Part shown: positions 53,416 to 64,000 of the stretch, in pieces
Layout: each line of letters opens with the position of its first letter
Position numbering within the stretch: position 1 is the stretch's first letter
NCBI GenBank assembly: GCA_963775425.1
Contig: CAVZJB010000005.1
Location: forward strand, 128,001-192,000
Origin: an uncultured delta proteobacterium
Lineage (GTDB): Bacteria; Myxococcota; UBA727; VGSZ01
Direction of reading: 5' to 3'
DNA length: 64,000 nucleotides
Made by a program: the position numbers and the translations under genes
The notes under the pieces: generated by a model
The model's database searches: none
The model's input: the letters and a program-made list of their open reading frames with translations, nothing else
What the model was told of the DNA's origin: nothing

Positions 53416-54491
53416 GTGCCCACCGCCACCAGGCGCGGTACGCGGCGCTCGTCGTGTTGTCGCAAGAACGCGCGCAAGCGCGGGTAGATCTCGACGGGGG
53501 CGCGCTTGCCGAACAGCATGTCGATGTGCCCGTAGTCGGCGGAGAAGCCGTGGTCGCGCGAGGCAACCATCGCATGCGCGTTGTGCAGCAGGGGGACCGC
53601 GCGCATGACGGCGTCGACGCGGGCGAGCCCGTCCTCGGGCGCCGCCACCACGAGCATCGGCGTGCTGCACCCGTTCAAGCGCGCGCGGTAGTCGACGCTG
53701 TGGTCGACGGAGCGGAAGGCGTCGTTGTCTATCCAGTCCCGGAACTGCAGGACCAGGCCGCGGGGGATGGACTGGATGGCGCGGTACATCAGGCGGCGCG
53801 TGTACGCGCCGTCGACGTTGTCGAGCGCCACGAAGCGTCGCATCCAGGCTCCGCCGAGCAGCGGCGACTGAAAGCGCAGCGCGAGCGGCGCCGCGAGCTG
53901 TGACAGCGCCGCCACGTGCAGCCCCGGCACCACGCGCCCGAGCGCGCGCACGGGCCGCAACAGCGGCATGGCGTCCCAGCCCTGGGGAAAGCCGAGCGGA
54001 GAGCCGAGGGTGACACCGGCGTGCACGCGCGCGCCGATGCCGCGGGCGAGCATCGCGTAGAGCACGAGGCCGCCCATGGAGTGGCCGATCCACATCACGC
54101 CGCTTCGACCCGTGGTGTGCGCGATGTGGTCGAGCACCGCCGGCATGTCGAGGCCGACGAAGTCGTCGAAGGTGATGCTCACCCACCGCGCGGCGTCCAT
54201 CTTGGACAGCCCGGTGCCGCGCAGGTCGACCACCCACGTGTCGAAGCCCTGCTGCGCCAGCCAGGGCGCGAGGCCGTAGGGCTCGGGGGCGTCGAAGTTG
54301 GTGGAGTCGGCGCCGAGCCCGGGCACGCACACGACGGGGAGCTTGCGCGGCGTCGCGCCCGGCACCGGGCGAAATCGCTTCACGGCGACGCGCACGCCGT
54401 CGGCGCAGGCGATCCGATGGATCTCGTCCGCGCGCGTGTGGGTCTCGTAGCGTCGACGAACGACCTCGCGATAGAGGCCGAGCAGGGGCAT
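53412..54491 (-). CDS. alpha/beta hydrolase (lipase/PHA-synthase-like)
   Basis: GFDTW..DLRG.G, D.PA, IGHSMGG and YGH.D. Confidence 0.88.
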   Translation of the reverse strand: MPLLGLYREVVRRRYETHTRADEIHRIACADGVRVAVKRFRPVPGATPRKLPVVCVPGLGADSTNFDAPEPYGLAPWLAQQGFDTWVVDLRGTGLSKMDAARWVSITFDDFVGLDMPAVLDHIAHTTGRSGVMWIGHSMGGLVLYAMLARGIGARVHAGVTLGSPLGFPQGWDAMPLLRPVRALGRVVPGLHVAALSQLAAPLALRFQSPLLGGAWMRRFVALDNVDGAYTRRLMYRAIQSIPRGLVLQFRDWIDNDAFRSVDHSVDYRARLNGCSTPMLVVAAPEDGLARVDAVMRAVPLLHNAHAMVASRDHGFSADYGHIDMLFGKRAPVEIYPRLRAFLRQHDERRVPRLVAVGT

Positions 54492-54615
54492 GGGGAAATC
54501 TTAGTGGCTCGCCCCCGGCCCCGCCAATTGCGACCGGCGAAAGCGGCCGCGGGTCACTGGCCCGCGCCGCTCCCTCCGACCGTCGCCGGCGCGGCCCGGC
54601 GCCACCTTAGGGGCG

Positions 54616-56049
54616 TCAGCCGAGCGAGGCGCGGATGCGTTCGAGCGCGTCCGCGAGGGTCGCGCAGCTCGCCGGGCGGTCCGCCGCCTTCTTCTCGAGG
54701 CACGCGGCCACGAGCTCGTCGAGCGCCTCGGGCAGGCGCGGGTTGCGCGATCGGGGGCGATCGGGGGTGACCGTGGCGTGCTTCATCAACAGCGCGACCA
54801 TCTCCTTGTCGCGAAAGGGCAGCGTCCCCGTCAGCATCAGGTAGGCCACGACCCCGAGCGAGTAGATGTCGGCCGACGTCCCCACGTCGTGGCCCTGCAC
54901 CTGCTCCGGCGACACGAACTGTGGCGTGCCGACGAACATCCCCGTCGACGTCAACGACAGCGCGTCGGCGGGCTTGGCGATGCCGAAGTCGGTCACCTTC
55001 AACCGGTTGTCGTTGAGCACGAAGAGGTTGCCGGGCTTCACGTCGCGGTGGACCACGCCTTTGTCGTGGGCGGCCTGCAGGCCACGGCAACTGTCGACGA
55101 GCCAGCCGAGGGCCTGGCCCATGGTCACGGCGCGCGTCTTCAACACCGCCGAGAGGTCCTCCCCCTCGAGCAGCTCCATGGTCAAGAAGTAGAAGCCCTG
55201 CTCCTGCCCGATGTCGTAGAGCGTGACGACGTTTTCGTGGACGATCTTGCGCGAGATGCTCACCTCGCGCTTGAAGCGCGCGACGTCGGCGGCGTCGCCG
55301 CTGTGGTGGAACACCTTGAGCGCGCACTCCTCATCGAGCTCCCGGTCGCGCACGCGCAAGACCGTGGCGTGTCCGCCGCGACCGATGCGCGCGAGCACCT
55401 CGTAGCGCTCGTTGACGACGGCGCCCACCGAGAACGCCTCCATGGCGTCGCTGGTCCGCGGCCCGGGCGTGCGCGCCGGCGTCGCCCCGGTGCGCTGCGC
55501 GAAGGGCAACGGCGTGGGCGGCGGCGGCGTCCGCGCGGGCCGCGGCGCGGGGACCCGCTGCGGCGCGAGCGGCGCGATGTCGGGCACGGCGAGCGTGTCG
55601 AGCCGCGCCGTGTCTCGGACCTCGGCGTCGCCGCCCAACACCGCCTCGGCGACGTCGGAGAGGGTCTGCACGCGCTCCTGCTTGAGCGTGTCGGAGCCGT
55701 CGGGGGCGGCGGGGGGGCTGAAGCCGTCCAACGACGGCAGCGCCGGCGGCGGCGTGTGCGGCGCAGCAGCGCCCTCGGCGACGATGCCCACGCTCTCGTA
55801 CACGCGGCGGATGCGCGCGCGGGCGTCGTCGTTTTCGGCGCCCGGGGGCGCGCGCGCGAGAAAGTCGTCGAGCGCCTGCTGCGCCCGCAACCCGACGTCG
55901 CCAATCCGCTCGCAGAGCAACGCCAACGCGCGCGCCGCGCGATCGCGATCACCCGGGCCCTCGAGCGCGGCGGCGGCGAGGGCGCGCTCGGCGCCGGCGA
56001 GGTCGCCTCGCTCGAGGAGCGTCCGTGCGGCGTCGAGGGGATCGTTCAC
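54616..56049 (-). CDS. Hanks-type Ser/Thr protein kinase with N-terminal TPR-like helices and Pro-rich linker
   Basis: IGRGG, ALK, HRDVKPGN, DFG, GTP.F.SPEQ and DIYSLG; no TM segment seen. Confidence 0.95.
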   Translation of the reverse strand: MNDPLDAARTLLERGDLAGAERALAAAALEGPGDRDRAARALALLCERIGDVGLRAQQALDDFLARAPPGAENDDARARIRRVYESVGIVAEGAAAPHTPPPALPSLDGFSPPAAPDGSDTLKQERVQTLSDVAEAVLGGDAEVRDTARLDTLAVPDIAPLAPQRVPAPRPARTPPPPTPLPFAQRTGATPARTPGPRTSDAMEAFSVGAVVNERYEVLARIGRGGHATVLRVRDRELDEECALKVFHHSGDAADVARFKREVSISRKIVHENVVTLYDIGQEQGFYFLTMELLEGEDLSAVLKTRAVTMGQALGWLVDSCRGLQAAHDKGVVHRDVKPGNLFVLNDNRLKVTDFGIAKPADALSLTSTGMFVGTPQFVSPEQVQGHDVGTSADIYSLGVVAYLMLTGTLPFRDKEMVALLMKHATVTPDRPRSRNPRLPEALDELVAACLEKKAADRPASCATLADALERIRASLG

Positions 56050-56062
56050 CCGCGGCCGTCCT

Positions 56063-57169
56063 TCACCAGCTGGCCTCGTCGTCGTCCTCGTCGCGGGCGG
56101 CGAGGGCCGCCACCGCCGCACGCATCTGCTCGGGGCGGCGCGCGAGCTGCACGGCGTCTTCGGGGAGAATCTGGCCGTCGCGCAGCAGGCGCATAAGCGC
56201 GGTGTCGCGGCTTTGCATCTCGCTCTCGCCGGGGCGCTGGCCGTCGAGGAAGGCCTCGAGCATGTGCCCTTTGTTGTCGCGGATCATGCTCGAAACCGCG
56301 TGCGTCTGCAGGAGGATCTCGACGGCGGCGATGCGCCCGTCGGACGACGCCTTGCGCACGAGCTGCTGGGAGATGACGGCGCGCAAGAGCATGGCCAGGA
56401 GAGCGCGGGTCTCCTCCTGGTTGTTCTCGGGCATGCCGTCGACCATGCGCGGCACGCTCTTGGCGGCGGAATTCGTGTGAAGCGTGCCGAGCACGAGGAT
56501 GCCCGTCTCGGCGGCGGAGAGCGCGAGCTGGATGGTCTCCGCGTCGCGCATCTCGCCCACGACGATGACGTCGGGCGCCTCCCGCAACGCCGAGCGCAGC
56601 GCGCCGGCGAAGGAGGCGACGTGCGTCCCGACCTGCCGCTGCGTCAGCGCGCAGCGCTGCGGGACGTGCGTGTGCTCGATGGGATCTTCGATGGTGAGGA
56701 TGTGGCGCTGCTGCGTGCGGTTGATCTCGTCGACCATCGCCGCGAGCGTCGTGGACTTGCCCGACCCCGTGGGCCCCGTGACGAGGACCAGGCCGTTTTG
56801 CAGCCGGCACAGACGCCGCACCACGTGGGGCAGCGAGAGGTCGTCGAGCGTGGGGACCTTGGCGGGGATGATGCGAAAGACGGCGCCAGGACCGTTTTGC
56901 TGGACGAACGCGTTGACGCGGAAGCGGCCCACGCCGGCGAGCGAGTACACGACGTCGATGTCGCGCGTCTTGTGGAAGCGCTCGCGTTGCTCCGGCGACA
57001 AGATCTCCTCGACGAGGACGCCCGCCTCGATGTCGGAGAGCACGCGGAACGGGATGTCGATGAGCTCGCCGTCGTGACGAACCACGGGGACGTGTCCGGC
57101 GCGCACGTGCAGGTCGCTCGCGCCCTGCTCGACGGCGATCTGCAGGAACGAGTCGATGCGCGCCGCCAT
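56063..57169 (-). CDS. pilT: PilT/PilU-family ATPase
   Basis: ASDLH, RFRVNAF, GPTGSGKST, TIEDPIE, LRE.PDVI.VGEMRD and GTLHT. Confidence 0.9.
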   Translation of the reverse strand: MAARIDSFLQIAVEQGASDLHVRAGHVPVVRHDGELIDIPFRVLSDIEAGVLVEEILSPEQRERFHKTRDIDVVYSLAGVGRFRVNAFVQQNGPGAVFRIIPAKVPTLDDLSLPHVVRRLCRLQNGLVLVTGPTGSGKSTTLAAMVDEINRTQQRHILTIEDPIEHTHVPQRCALTQRQVGTHVASFAGALRSALREAPDVIVVGEMRDAETIQLALSAAETGILVLGTLHTNSAAKSVPRMVDGMPENNQEETRALLAMLLRAVISQQLVRKASSDGRIAAVEILLQTHAVSSMIRDNKGHMLEAFLDGQRPGESEMQSRDTALMRLLRDGQILPEDAVQLARRPEQMRAAVAALAARDEDDDEASW

Positions 57170-60100
57170 CAGGGCTTCCCCTTCATGGCCGGGCGCACGC
57201 CGCTCGGCGAGATGACCTCGTGCTTCTCGGTGTCGTGCGCGTCGTCTGCGTCCTCGATCGTCGGCAGCGGCATCGTCGGTCCTTCGTCGCCGGCGGTGCC
57301 TTCGATGACGGGGAGCGCCTCCTCGGACGACGGCTGCGCGTGCGCCATCGCGCGCGGCGACGTCGGCACCCGCGGCGGCGGCGCCGCCTCGTCGACCGGC
57401 GCGGGCGCGGGCCGCGCGGGCGCGGACCGGGCGGCGGCGGGCGGCGGGGCGGCGTGCTGCGCGGCGGCAGGCTGCACCCGCGCAGGCTGCGCGCGGGCCG
57501 GGGGCGGCGGGGCGGGCGTGCGCGGCGCGGGCGCTCGCGCCGGCGCGGCGACGGGCACCGGCGAGGGCGTGCGCGTCGACGCCATCGCCCCCGGCGTCGA
57601 GGGGCGCGTGGCGGTGCGTGGCAGTGCGTCCCCGGGGGGGATGCGGGCGCGGGCCATCGCCGCGGGGCTCATGACGTCGGGGCGCGGCAGGCCGGGCGAC
57701 GCTGGCGTCGGGGGCCGGGCGGGCGGCGCCTCCAGGCGCGGCGCCGGGGTGGGCGTCCGCGCGGGCGTCGACGGCGCGGGCGTCGACGGCGTCGACGGCG
57801 TCGGGGGGGCGACGGCGACCTCGCGGGCGGCGACCGCGGCGCTCTCGTCAGCGATGGGGAAGCGGCCCTTGTCGCGCGCCTTCACGTACGCCTCGGCGGG
57901 ATCGATGATGCCTCGCTCGAGGAGCGCGAAGAGCGAGTCGTCCATCAGGGACATCCCGAGCTCGCGCTGGAGCACCATCTGCGACGCGATCTGGTGGCCC
58001 TGGCCCTTGCGGATCATGTTGGCGATGGACTCGTTGTTGAGCATGACCTCGCACGCCAGGACGCGCCCGCCGTCCCGTCGCGGGACGAGGTGTTGGCAGA
58101 CCACGGCCTTCAACGTCTCCGAGAGCATGGTGCGGATCTGCGCCTGCCGCTCGTGGGGAAACGCGTTGATCACGCGCTCCACGCAGGTGTCCGCGGCGAC
58201 GGCGTGCACCGTGCCGAACACGAGGTGGCCCGTCTCCGCCGCCGTCACCGCGAACGAGATGGTCTCGAGGTCGCGCAGCTCACCGACGAGGATGACGTCG
58301 GGGTCCTCGCGCAGCGCCGCGCGCAACGCGCTCCCGTAGCTCGTGGTGTGCACGCCGACCTCGCGTTGGGTGACCAGGCTCTGCCGCGAGGCGTGCACGC
58401 CCTCGATGGGGTCCTCGATGCTGATGATGTGCCGGGACCGCGTCTCGTTGATGCGGTTGACGATCCCCGCCAGCGTCGTGGACTTGCCCGATCCCGGCGG
58501 CCCCCCGAACAGCACCAGGCCGCTTTGCAGCTCGGCGAACGTGTGCACGAGCGCCGGCACGCCGAGCTCTTCGAGCGGCACCACGTCGCCCTTGATCACG
58601 CGGAACACCGCGCCGAGACCGTCTTCGCTCTGAAACGCGTTCACGCGGAAGCGTGCGCCGACGCGGCGGTTCTCATGCGAGAAGTCGACGTCGGTCTTGT
58701 GCGCCAGCGCCTCCACCTGCTCCGGCGTGAACAGCGGCGCCAAAAGCTCGTATACGTTCTCCGCGGTGAGGTCGGCGCGCGTGAGCCGTTCCACGCGGCC
58801 CTGCCGCTTCATGAACGCGGCGCGACCGGAGACGAGGATGAGGTCGCTCCCGTCGCTCTTCACCACCTTGCGCAACAGCTCGGCGAGCACGCGGCCGGCC
58901 TCGTCGAGCGCGGGGTCGGCGGCGCCGCCGTAGTGCCACGCGCGCAGCGTGCTCGCGGCGGTGCGCGCGATCTCTGGGTCGACGTCGTGGAGCAGCAGCG
59001 CCACGGCGTCGATCTGGTCGTTGGCCTCGATGCTCTGCGCGTAACGCAGCGCCGCCATGCGCACGTCGCGCTCGGGCCGCGAGAGGAGATTGGGGAGCAT
59101 CCCGCGGGCGTCGTCGCGCTTGAGCTGGCGCAGGGCGTCGAGGCCCGCGATCTCGAGACCGGGCGCCTCGACGAGCTTCACGAGGTACGGCACCGCGCGG
59201 TCGTCGCCGACGCGGCCGATGGCGCGCACGGCCTCCTCGCGCACGAGCCAGTCGGCGTCGTCGCGCGCGCGGATGAGCAGCGCGCCGAGGGCGTCGCCGT
59301 GGCCGATGCGGCCGAGCACCTGCACCGCGAACCTGCGCATGGTGGACGCGTCGTCGTCGAGGTAGGGCATCAGGTGCGGGATGAGCGCGGCCCCTGCCAT
59401 GGGGACGAGCGCGTCGGCCAGGCGCTCGCGCACCCACCAGTCCTCGTCGCGGATGAAGCTCACCAGCCGCGGCCAGATGGCCGAGCCCTGCTGGCTCATG
59501 GCCTGCAAGACCTCCGACGCCATCCGGCGCACGTTGGGGTCGCGGCTGCGCAGCAGAAACAGGATGGCGCGCGCCATGTCGACGCGCCCCTGCGCCGCCA
59601 GCGCCTTGAGCACGCGCACGGCTTCGGTGCGCACGCGCTGCCGGCGGTGTGAGATGGCGCTCACGAGGGGGGCGAGCACATCGTCGGTGCCGATCTCCTG
59701 GAGCACCTGGAGCGCCACGATGCTGATGCGGCTCGGGCCGCGCATCAGGCGCTGCTCGAGGAGCCCCAGCGTTCGCAGCGACGGGAAGCGCGCCACGCCC
59801 TTGAGCGCGGCGCAGACCGCCCGCTCGCCGCCAAGCTCGATCACGGGGAGGACGCCGTCGACGAACGCGTCCTCGCTCTCGGCGATGGCGGCCCAGCACA
59901 GGGTGGCGGCACCGGCGATCTCGTCGTCGGCGTCCCGCATGCGTGCGCGGGCGGCGGCGGCGAAGACGGCGCGGTCGGTGAGCAGGTCGTTGCAGCGGGC
60001 GACGGCCTCGAGGCCGGCGGCGACCATGCGCGCGTCGGCGCTCTGCACCGCGCCGGCGAGGACGGGGACGGCGCGCGCTCCGAGCTTGTCGACGAGCTGG

Positions 60101-60570
60101 ACCATCGTCACCAGCGCGCTCTCGGTAAACGGGCCCGAGCGGAACTCGGCGACCAACGCCTCGAACGTCGGCCCGACCGCGACCTTCTCGAGCACGCGCA
60201 GCGCCGCGGCGCGCGTGCTGTCCTCGGGGCTGCGCAACAGCGACACGAGGATGGCGTGGTCCGCGAGGTGGTTCACGATCGGCAGCGCGTGGACGAGCGC
60301 CTCGCGCGGCGCCGCGTGCATCGCCTTGGGCAGGGCGCGGGCGAGCGGCGCGAAGAGCGCGCGGTCGGGGCACGCCTTCACCACACCGATGAAGAAGGAG
60401 CACGCGAGCTTGTACGACTCGCTCGGCAGCGTGGTGGGCTCGAGCAGCGCATCGAGGGCGCGCAGCACGTCGGCGCGGCTCACTACGCCGAGGTCGGCGA
60501 GCGCGTGCTCGACGTCTTCCATGCTGGTGTGCCGCGTGTCTCGGATGGCGGCGACGATCTTGCGGCTCAT
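57169..60570 (-). CDS. HEAT-repeat-PilT ATPase fusion with Pro/Ala-rich tail (~1133 aa)
   Basis: HEAT repeats (D..VR..A..L); then SDL, RFRVNAF, GPPGSGKST, SIEDPIE, LREDPDVILVGELRD and GHLVFGTVH. Confidence 0.9.
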   Translation of the reverse strand: MSRKIVAAIRDTRHTSMEDVEHALADLGVVSRADVLRALDALLEPTTLPSESYKLACSFFIGVVKACPDRALFAPLARALPKAMHAAPREALVHALPIVNHLADHAILVSLLRSPEDSTRAAALRVLEKVAVGPTFEALVAEFRSGPFTESALVTMVQLVDKLGARAVPVLAGAVQSADARMVAAGLEAVARCNDLLTDRAVFAAAARARMRDADDEIAGAATLCWAAIAESEDAFVDGVLPVIELGGERAVCAALKGVARFPSLRTLGLLEQRLMRGPSRISIVALQVLQEIGTDDVLAPLVSAISHRRQRVRTEAVRVLKALAAQGRVDMARAILFLLRSRDPNVRRMASEVLQAMSQQGSAIWPRLVSFIRDEDWWVRERLADALVPMAGAALIPHLMPYLDDDASTMRRFAVQVLGRIGHGDALGALLIRARDDADWLVREEAVRAIGRVGDDRAVPYLVKLVEAPGLEIAGLDALRQLKRDDARGMLPNLLSRPERDVRMAALRYAQSIEANDQIDAVALLLHDVDPEIARTAASTLRAWHYGGAADPALDEAGRVLAELLRKVVKSDGSDLILVSGRAAFMKRQGRVERLTRADLTAENVYELLAPLFTPEQVEALAHKTDVDFSHENRRVGARFRVNAFQSEDGLGAVFRVIKGDVVPLEELGVPALVHTFAELQSGLVLFGGPPGSGKSTTLAGIVNRINETRSRHIISIEDPIEGVHASRQSLVTQREVGVHTTSYGSALRAALREDPDVILVGELRDLETISFAVTAAETGHLVFGTVHAVAADTCVERVINAFPHERQAQIRTMLSETLKAVVCQHLVPRRDGGRVLACEVMLNNESIANMIRKGQGHQIASQMVLQRELGMSLMDDSLFALLERGIIDPAEAYVKARDKGRFPIADESAAVAAREVAVAPPTPSTPSTPAPSTPARTPTPAPRLEAPPARPPTPASPGLPRPDVMSPAAMARARIPPGDALPRTATRPSTPGAMASTRTPSPVPVAAPARAPAPRTPAPPPPARAQPARVQPAAAQHAAPPPAAARSAPARPAPAPVDEAAPPPRVPTSPRAMAHAQPSSEEALPVIEGTAGDEGPTMPLPTIEDADDAHDTEKHEVISPSGVRPAMKGKP

Positions 60571-60676
60571 CTGCTCCCTGGCCACGAGGCTAGCAGAACC
60601 CTCCGCCGTCCATGGCTGGACGGGCCGCCGGCTCGCCGCGTCGGACGGCGCACACCGGTCCGGCGTATCGTGGCTC

Positions 60677-62083
<1,407 letters not shown>

Positions 62084-62095
62084 CGGCGGCTGCGG

Positions 62096-63043
62096 CTACT
62101 CGATGTCGTCGGTCTTGGCGCGGCCGCGGGCGAGCTCCCGCTGCAGGCGCTCGTGCAGCTCGCGCGCCGAGCTCTTGCCGCTCGACTTCAGGAGCTGGTT
62201 GCGCGCGGCCACCTCGATGATGACGCCCATGTTGCGGCCGGCGCGCACCGGCACCGTGATGAGCGGGGTCTCGACGTCGAGGATGGTGAAGAAGCGGTCG
62301 TCGAGGCCGAGGCGGTCGTACTCCTCGTCCTCACGCCACTCGACGAGCTCGGCGACGAGATCGATGCGCTTGCGCTCGCGGACGGCGGAGACGCCGAAGA
62401 GGTCGCTGATGTTGATGATGCCGAGCCCGCGGATCTCGAGGTGGTGCTTGGTGAGCGCCGAGCCGAAGCCGTAGAGCGTCTCGGCCCCGCGACGGCGAAT
62501 GGTGACGACGTCGTCGGCCACCAGCGGATGCCCGCGCTGCACGAGGTCCAGCGCCAGCTCGCTCTTGCCGATACCGCTCTTGCCGAGGAGCATGACGCCG
62601 ATGCCGTGCACCTCGAGGAGCACGCCGTGCATGGTGGTCTGCGCCGCGAGCTGGTCGTCGAGGAACGCCTCCACGCGGGAGATGAAGACGTCTGTGCCCT
62701 GCGGCGTGGTGAACAGCGGGGTCTTGGCCTCCGCCGCGGCCCGCACGAGATCGTCGGGGACGTGCATGCCCTTGGTGCAGATAACGACCGGGAAGTCACA
62801 GGCGCAGAACGTCCGGCACGAGTCCGACCGGGCGTCGTCGGGCATCTTCTCGAGATAGGTGAGCTCGGTGGAGCCGAGGATCTGCACCCGGCCCTTCTGC
62901 ACGAAGTCGGTGTAGCCGGTGAGCGCCAATCCGGGCTTCTGGATCTTCGACAGCGTGATGACGCGCGAGGTGTCGCCCTCGGTGAGCGCGCGGAGTTGGA
63001 GGTCTTCGGCCGCGAGGAGGTCGGCGACCTTGGCGGAGCGCAT
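62096..63043 (-). CDS. hprK: HPr kinase/phosphorylase
   Basis: PGL.L.GY, RVQILG.TE, HGVL, GKSGIGKSE.AL.L..RGH.LVADD, LEIRGLGII and PV..GRN. Confidence 0.97.
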   Translation of the reverse strand: MRSAKVADLLAAEDLQLRALTEGDTSRVITLSKIQKPGLALTGYTDFVQKGRVQILGSTELTYLEKMPDDARSDSCRTFCACDFPVVICTKGMHVPDDLVRAAAEAKTPLFTTPQGTDVFISRVEAFLDDQLAAQTTMHGVLLEVHGIGVMLLGKSGIGKSELALDLVQRGHPLVADDVVTIRRRGAETLYGFGSALTKHHLEIRGLGIINISDLFGVSAVRERKRIDLVAELVEWREDEEYDRLGLDDRFFTILDVETPLITVPVRAGRNMGVIIEVAARNQLLKSSGKSSARELHERLQRELARGRAKTDDIE

Positions 63044-63045
63044 GC

Positions 63046-63525
63046 TCAATACCGCGCGTCCTCGGCTTCGATCTCCTGCCAGACCGCCTCGGCGTCGTTG
63101 GCTTCGAGGAGGCGCCGGTGGAAGGCGGAGTCCGAGAACAGGCGCGAGATGCGCGCCAGCGCCTTCAGGTGAAGGCCGCCGGCGCTCTCCGGGGCGAGCA
63201 GGACGATGAAGATCTTGCTCGGCTGCCCGTCGAGCGCGCCGAAGTCGATGCCCTTGTCGTGCAGCCCCAGGCACGCCACGAGCTGGTCGAGGCGCTCGAG
63301 CTTGCCGTGCGGGATGGCGAGGCCGTCCTTGATGCCCGTGGAGCCGAGGCGCTCGCGCTCCTCGAGGACGCGCACGATCTGGTCCTCGTCGGCGACGGCG
63401 AGCTCGGTGTTGGCGCTCGGCGGCACGATCCCCTTTTGCACGAGCTCACGCAGCACCGCCGCCTTCGAGTTGGACTGAAGGCGGTGAATGATGCGGCCCG
63501 GCTCGAGAATGTCGACGAGCTTCAT
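63046..63525 (-). CDS. ptsN: PTS EIIA-Ntr
   Basis: RE.LGSTG..G.AIPHGK, GIDF.A.DG.P and HLKALA.ISR. Confidence 0.95.
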   Translation of the reverse strand: MKLVDILEPGRIIHRLQSNSKAAVLRELVQKGIVPPSANTELAVADEDQIVRVLEERERLGSTGIKDGLAIPHGKLERLDQLVACLGLHDKGIDFGALDGQPSKIFIVLLAPESAGGLHLKALARISRLFSDSAFHRRLLEANDAEAVWQEIEAEDARY

Positions 63526-63568
63526 AAGCGCTGTGCGCGCTTACCCCTGCATTGCGCCACGGGCAACC

Positions 63569-64000
63569 CTAATGCTTGCCGTTCATGCCGCTCATCTGCG
63601 GGGGCTCCACCAGACCGAAAGAACCGTCTTTGCGCCGGTAGAGCACGTTCATCATGTTCGACTTCGCGTTCAGGAACACGTGGAATTCCTCGTGGAGGAG
63701 GTCCATCTGCATGATGGCTTCCTCGACGAGCATCGGCCGCGCGTCCACTTCCTCGTGGCGCACGACCTGCGCCGGCACACCCACCGGCACCTCCACCTCC
63801 GACGGGTCCGACGCCGCGATGACGTGGTGGCGCACCTTCATGGCCAAGCCTTCGCGCGGCTTGTGGCTCGCGAGCTTGTTCCGGTAGCGCTTGAGCTGCC
63901 GCTCGATCTTCTGTGCGGCGCCGTCGATGGAGCCGTACATGTCCGCCGAGGTCTCTTCGCCGCGAATGCGCATTCCGTTCGCGATCACGTTGATCTCGGC
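63569..64000 (-). CDS. hpf: long ribosome hibernation promoting factor (5' end outside the window)
   Basis: DMY.SID....K.ERQL.RY..K and C-terminal PM..EEAI.QM....F.VF.N...VLY.RKDG.FG. Confidence 0.93.
   Translation of the reverse strand, partial: AEINVIANGMRIRGEETSADMYGSIDGAAQKIERQLKRYRNKLASHKPREGLAMKVRHHVIAASDPSEVEVPVGVPAQVVRHEEVDARPMLVEEAIMQMDLLHEEFHVFLNAKSNMMNVLYRRKDGSFGLVEPPQMSGMNGKH

Noticed and set aside
63526-63568. sigma54 promoter before ptsN
   Set aside because: TGGC is present but the GG-N10-GC spacing is not met.

Overview
Very GC-rich, densely coding bacterial chromosome segment. The gene repertoire suggests Myxococcota or a related deltaproteobacterium (PEGA proteins, Cys/Asp-rich lipoproteins, GEGE-repeat lipoprotein, Ser/Thr kinases, a PTS-Ntr cluster containing HprK); this assignment is an inference. 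About 58 CDS. Housekeeping genes: pdxA, lgt, dnaE, elbB, and hpf-ptsN-hprK...rapZ-ptsH-ptsI. Also present: a TetR-controlled Baeyer-Villiger monooxygenase/esterase/SDR operon, many orphan lipoproteins, an MMPL transporter and several hydrolases. No rRNA, tRNA, CRISPR array or transposase was recognised. Best candidates for something new: (1) a 2.2-4.6 kb cassette in which two convergent, signal-peptide-less Gly/Ala-rich genes each carry GCAY-N15-GCCGATAACC upstream (sigma28/FliA-type -10 box) and flank a trigger-factor-like chaperone lacking its ribosome-binding domain, possibly a secreted pore-former/effector module; (2) a HEAT-repeat-PilT fusion + PilT + Ser/Thr kinase module inserted between hprK and rapZ, with no pilus genes in the window. 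Other observations: an apparently obligatory non-canonical (CTG) start for ptsI, tandem TetR operators, a pseudokinase-PP2C fusion and two single-site frameshifts. All product calls rest on motif recognition by eye; no database searches were run.
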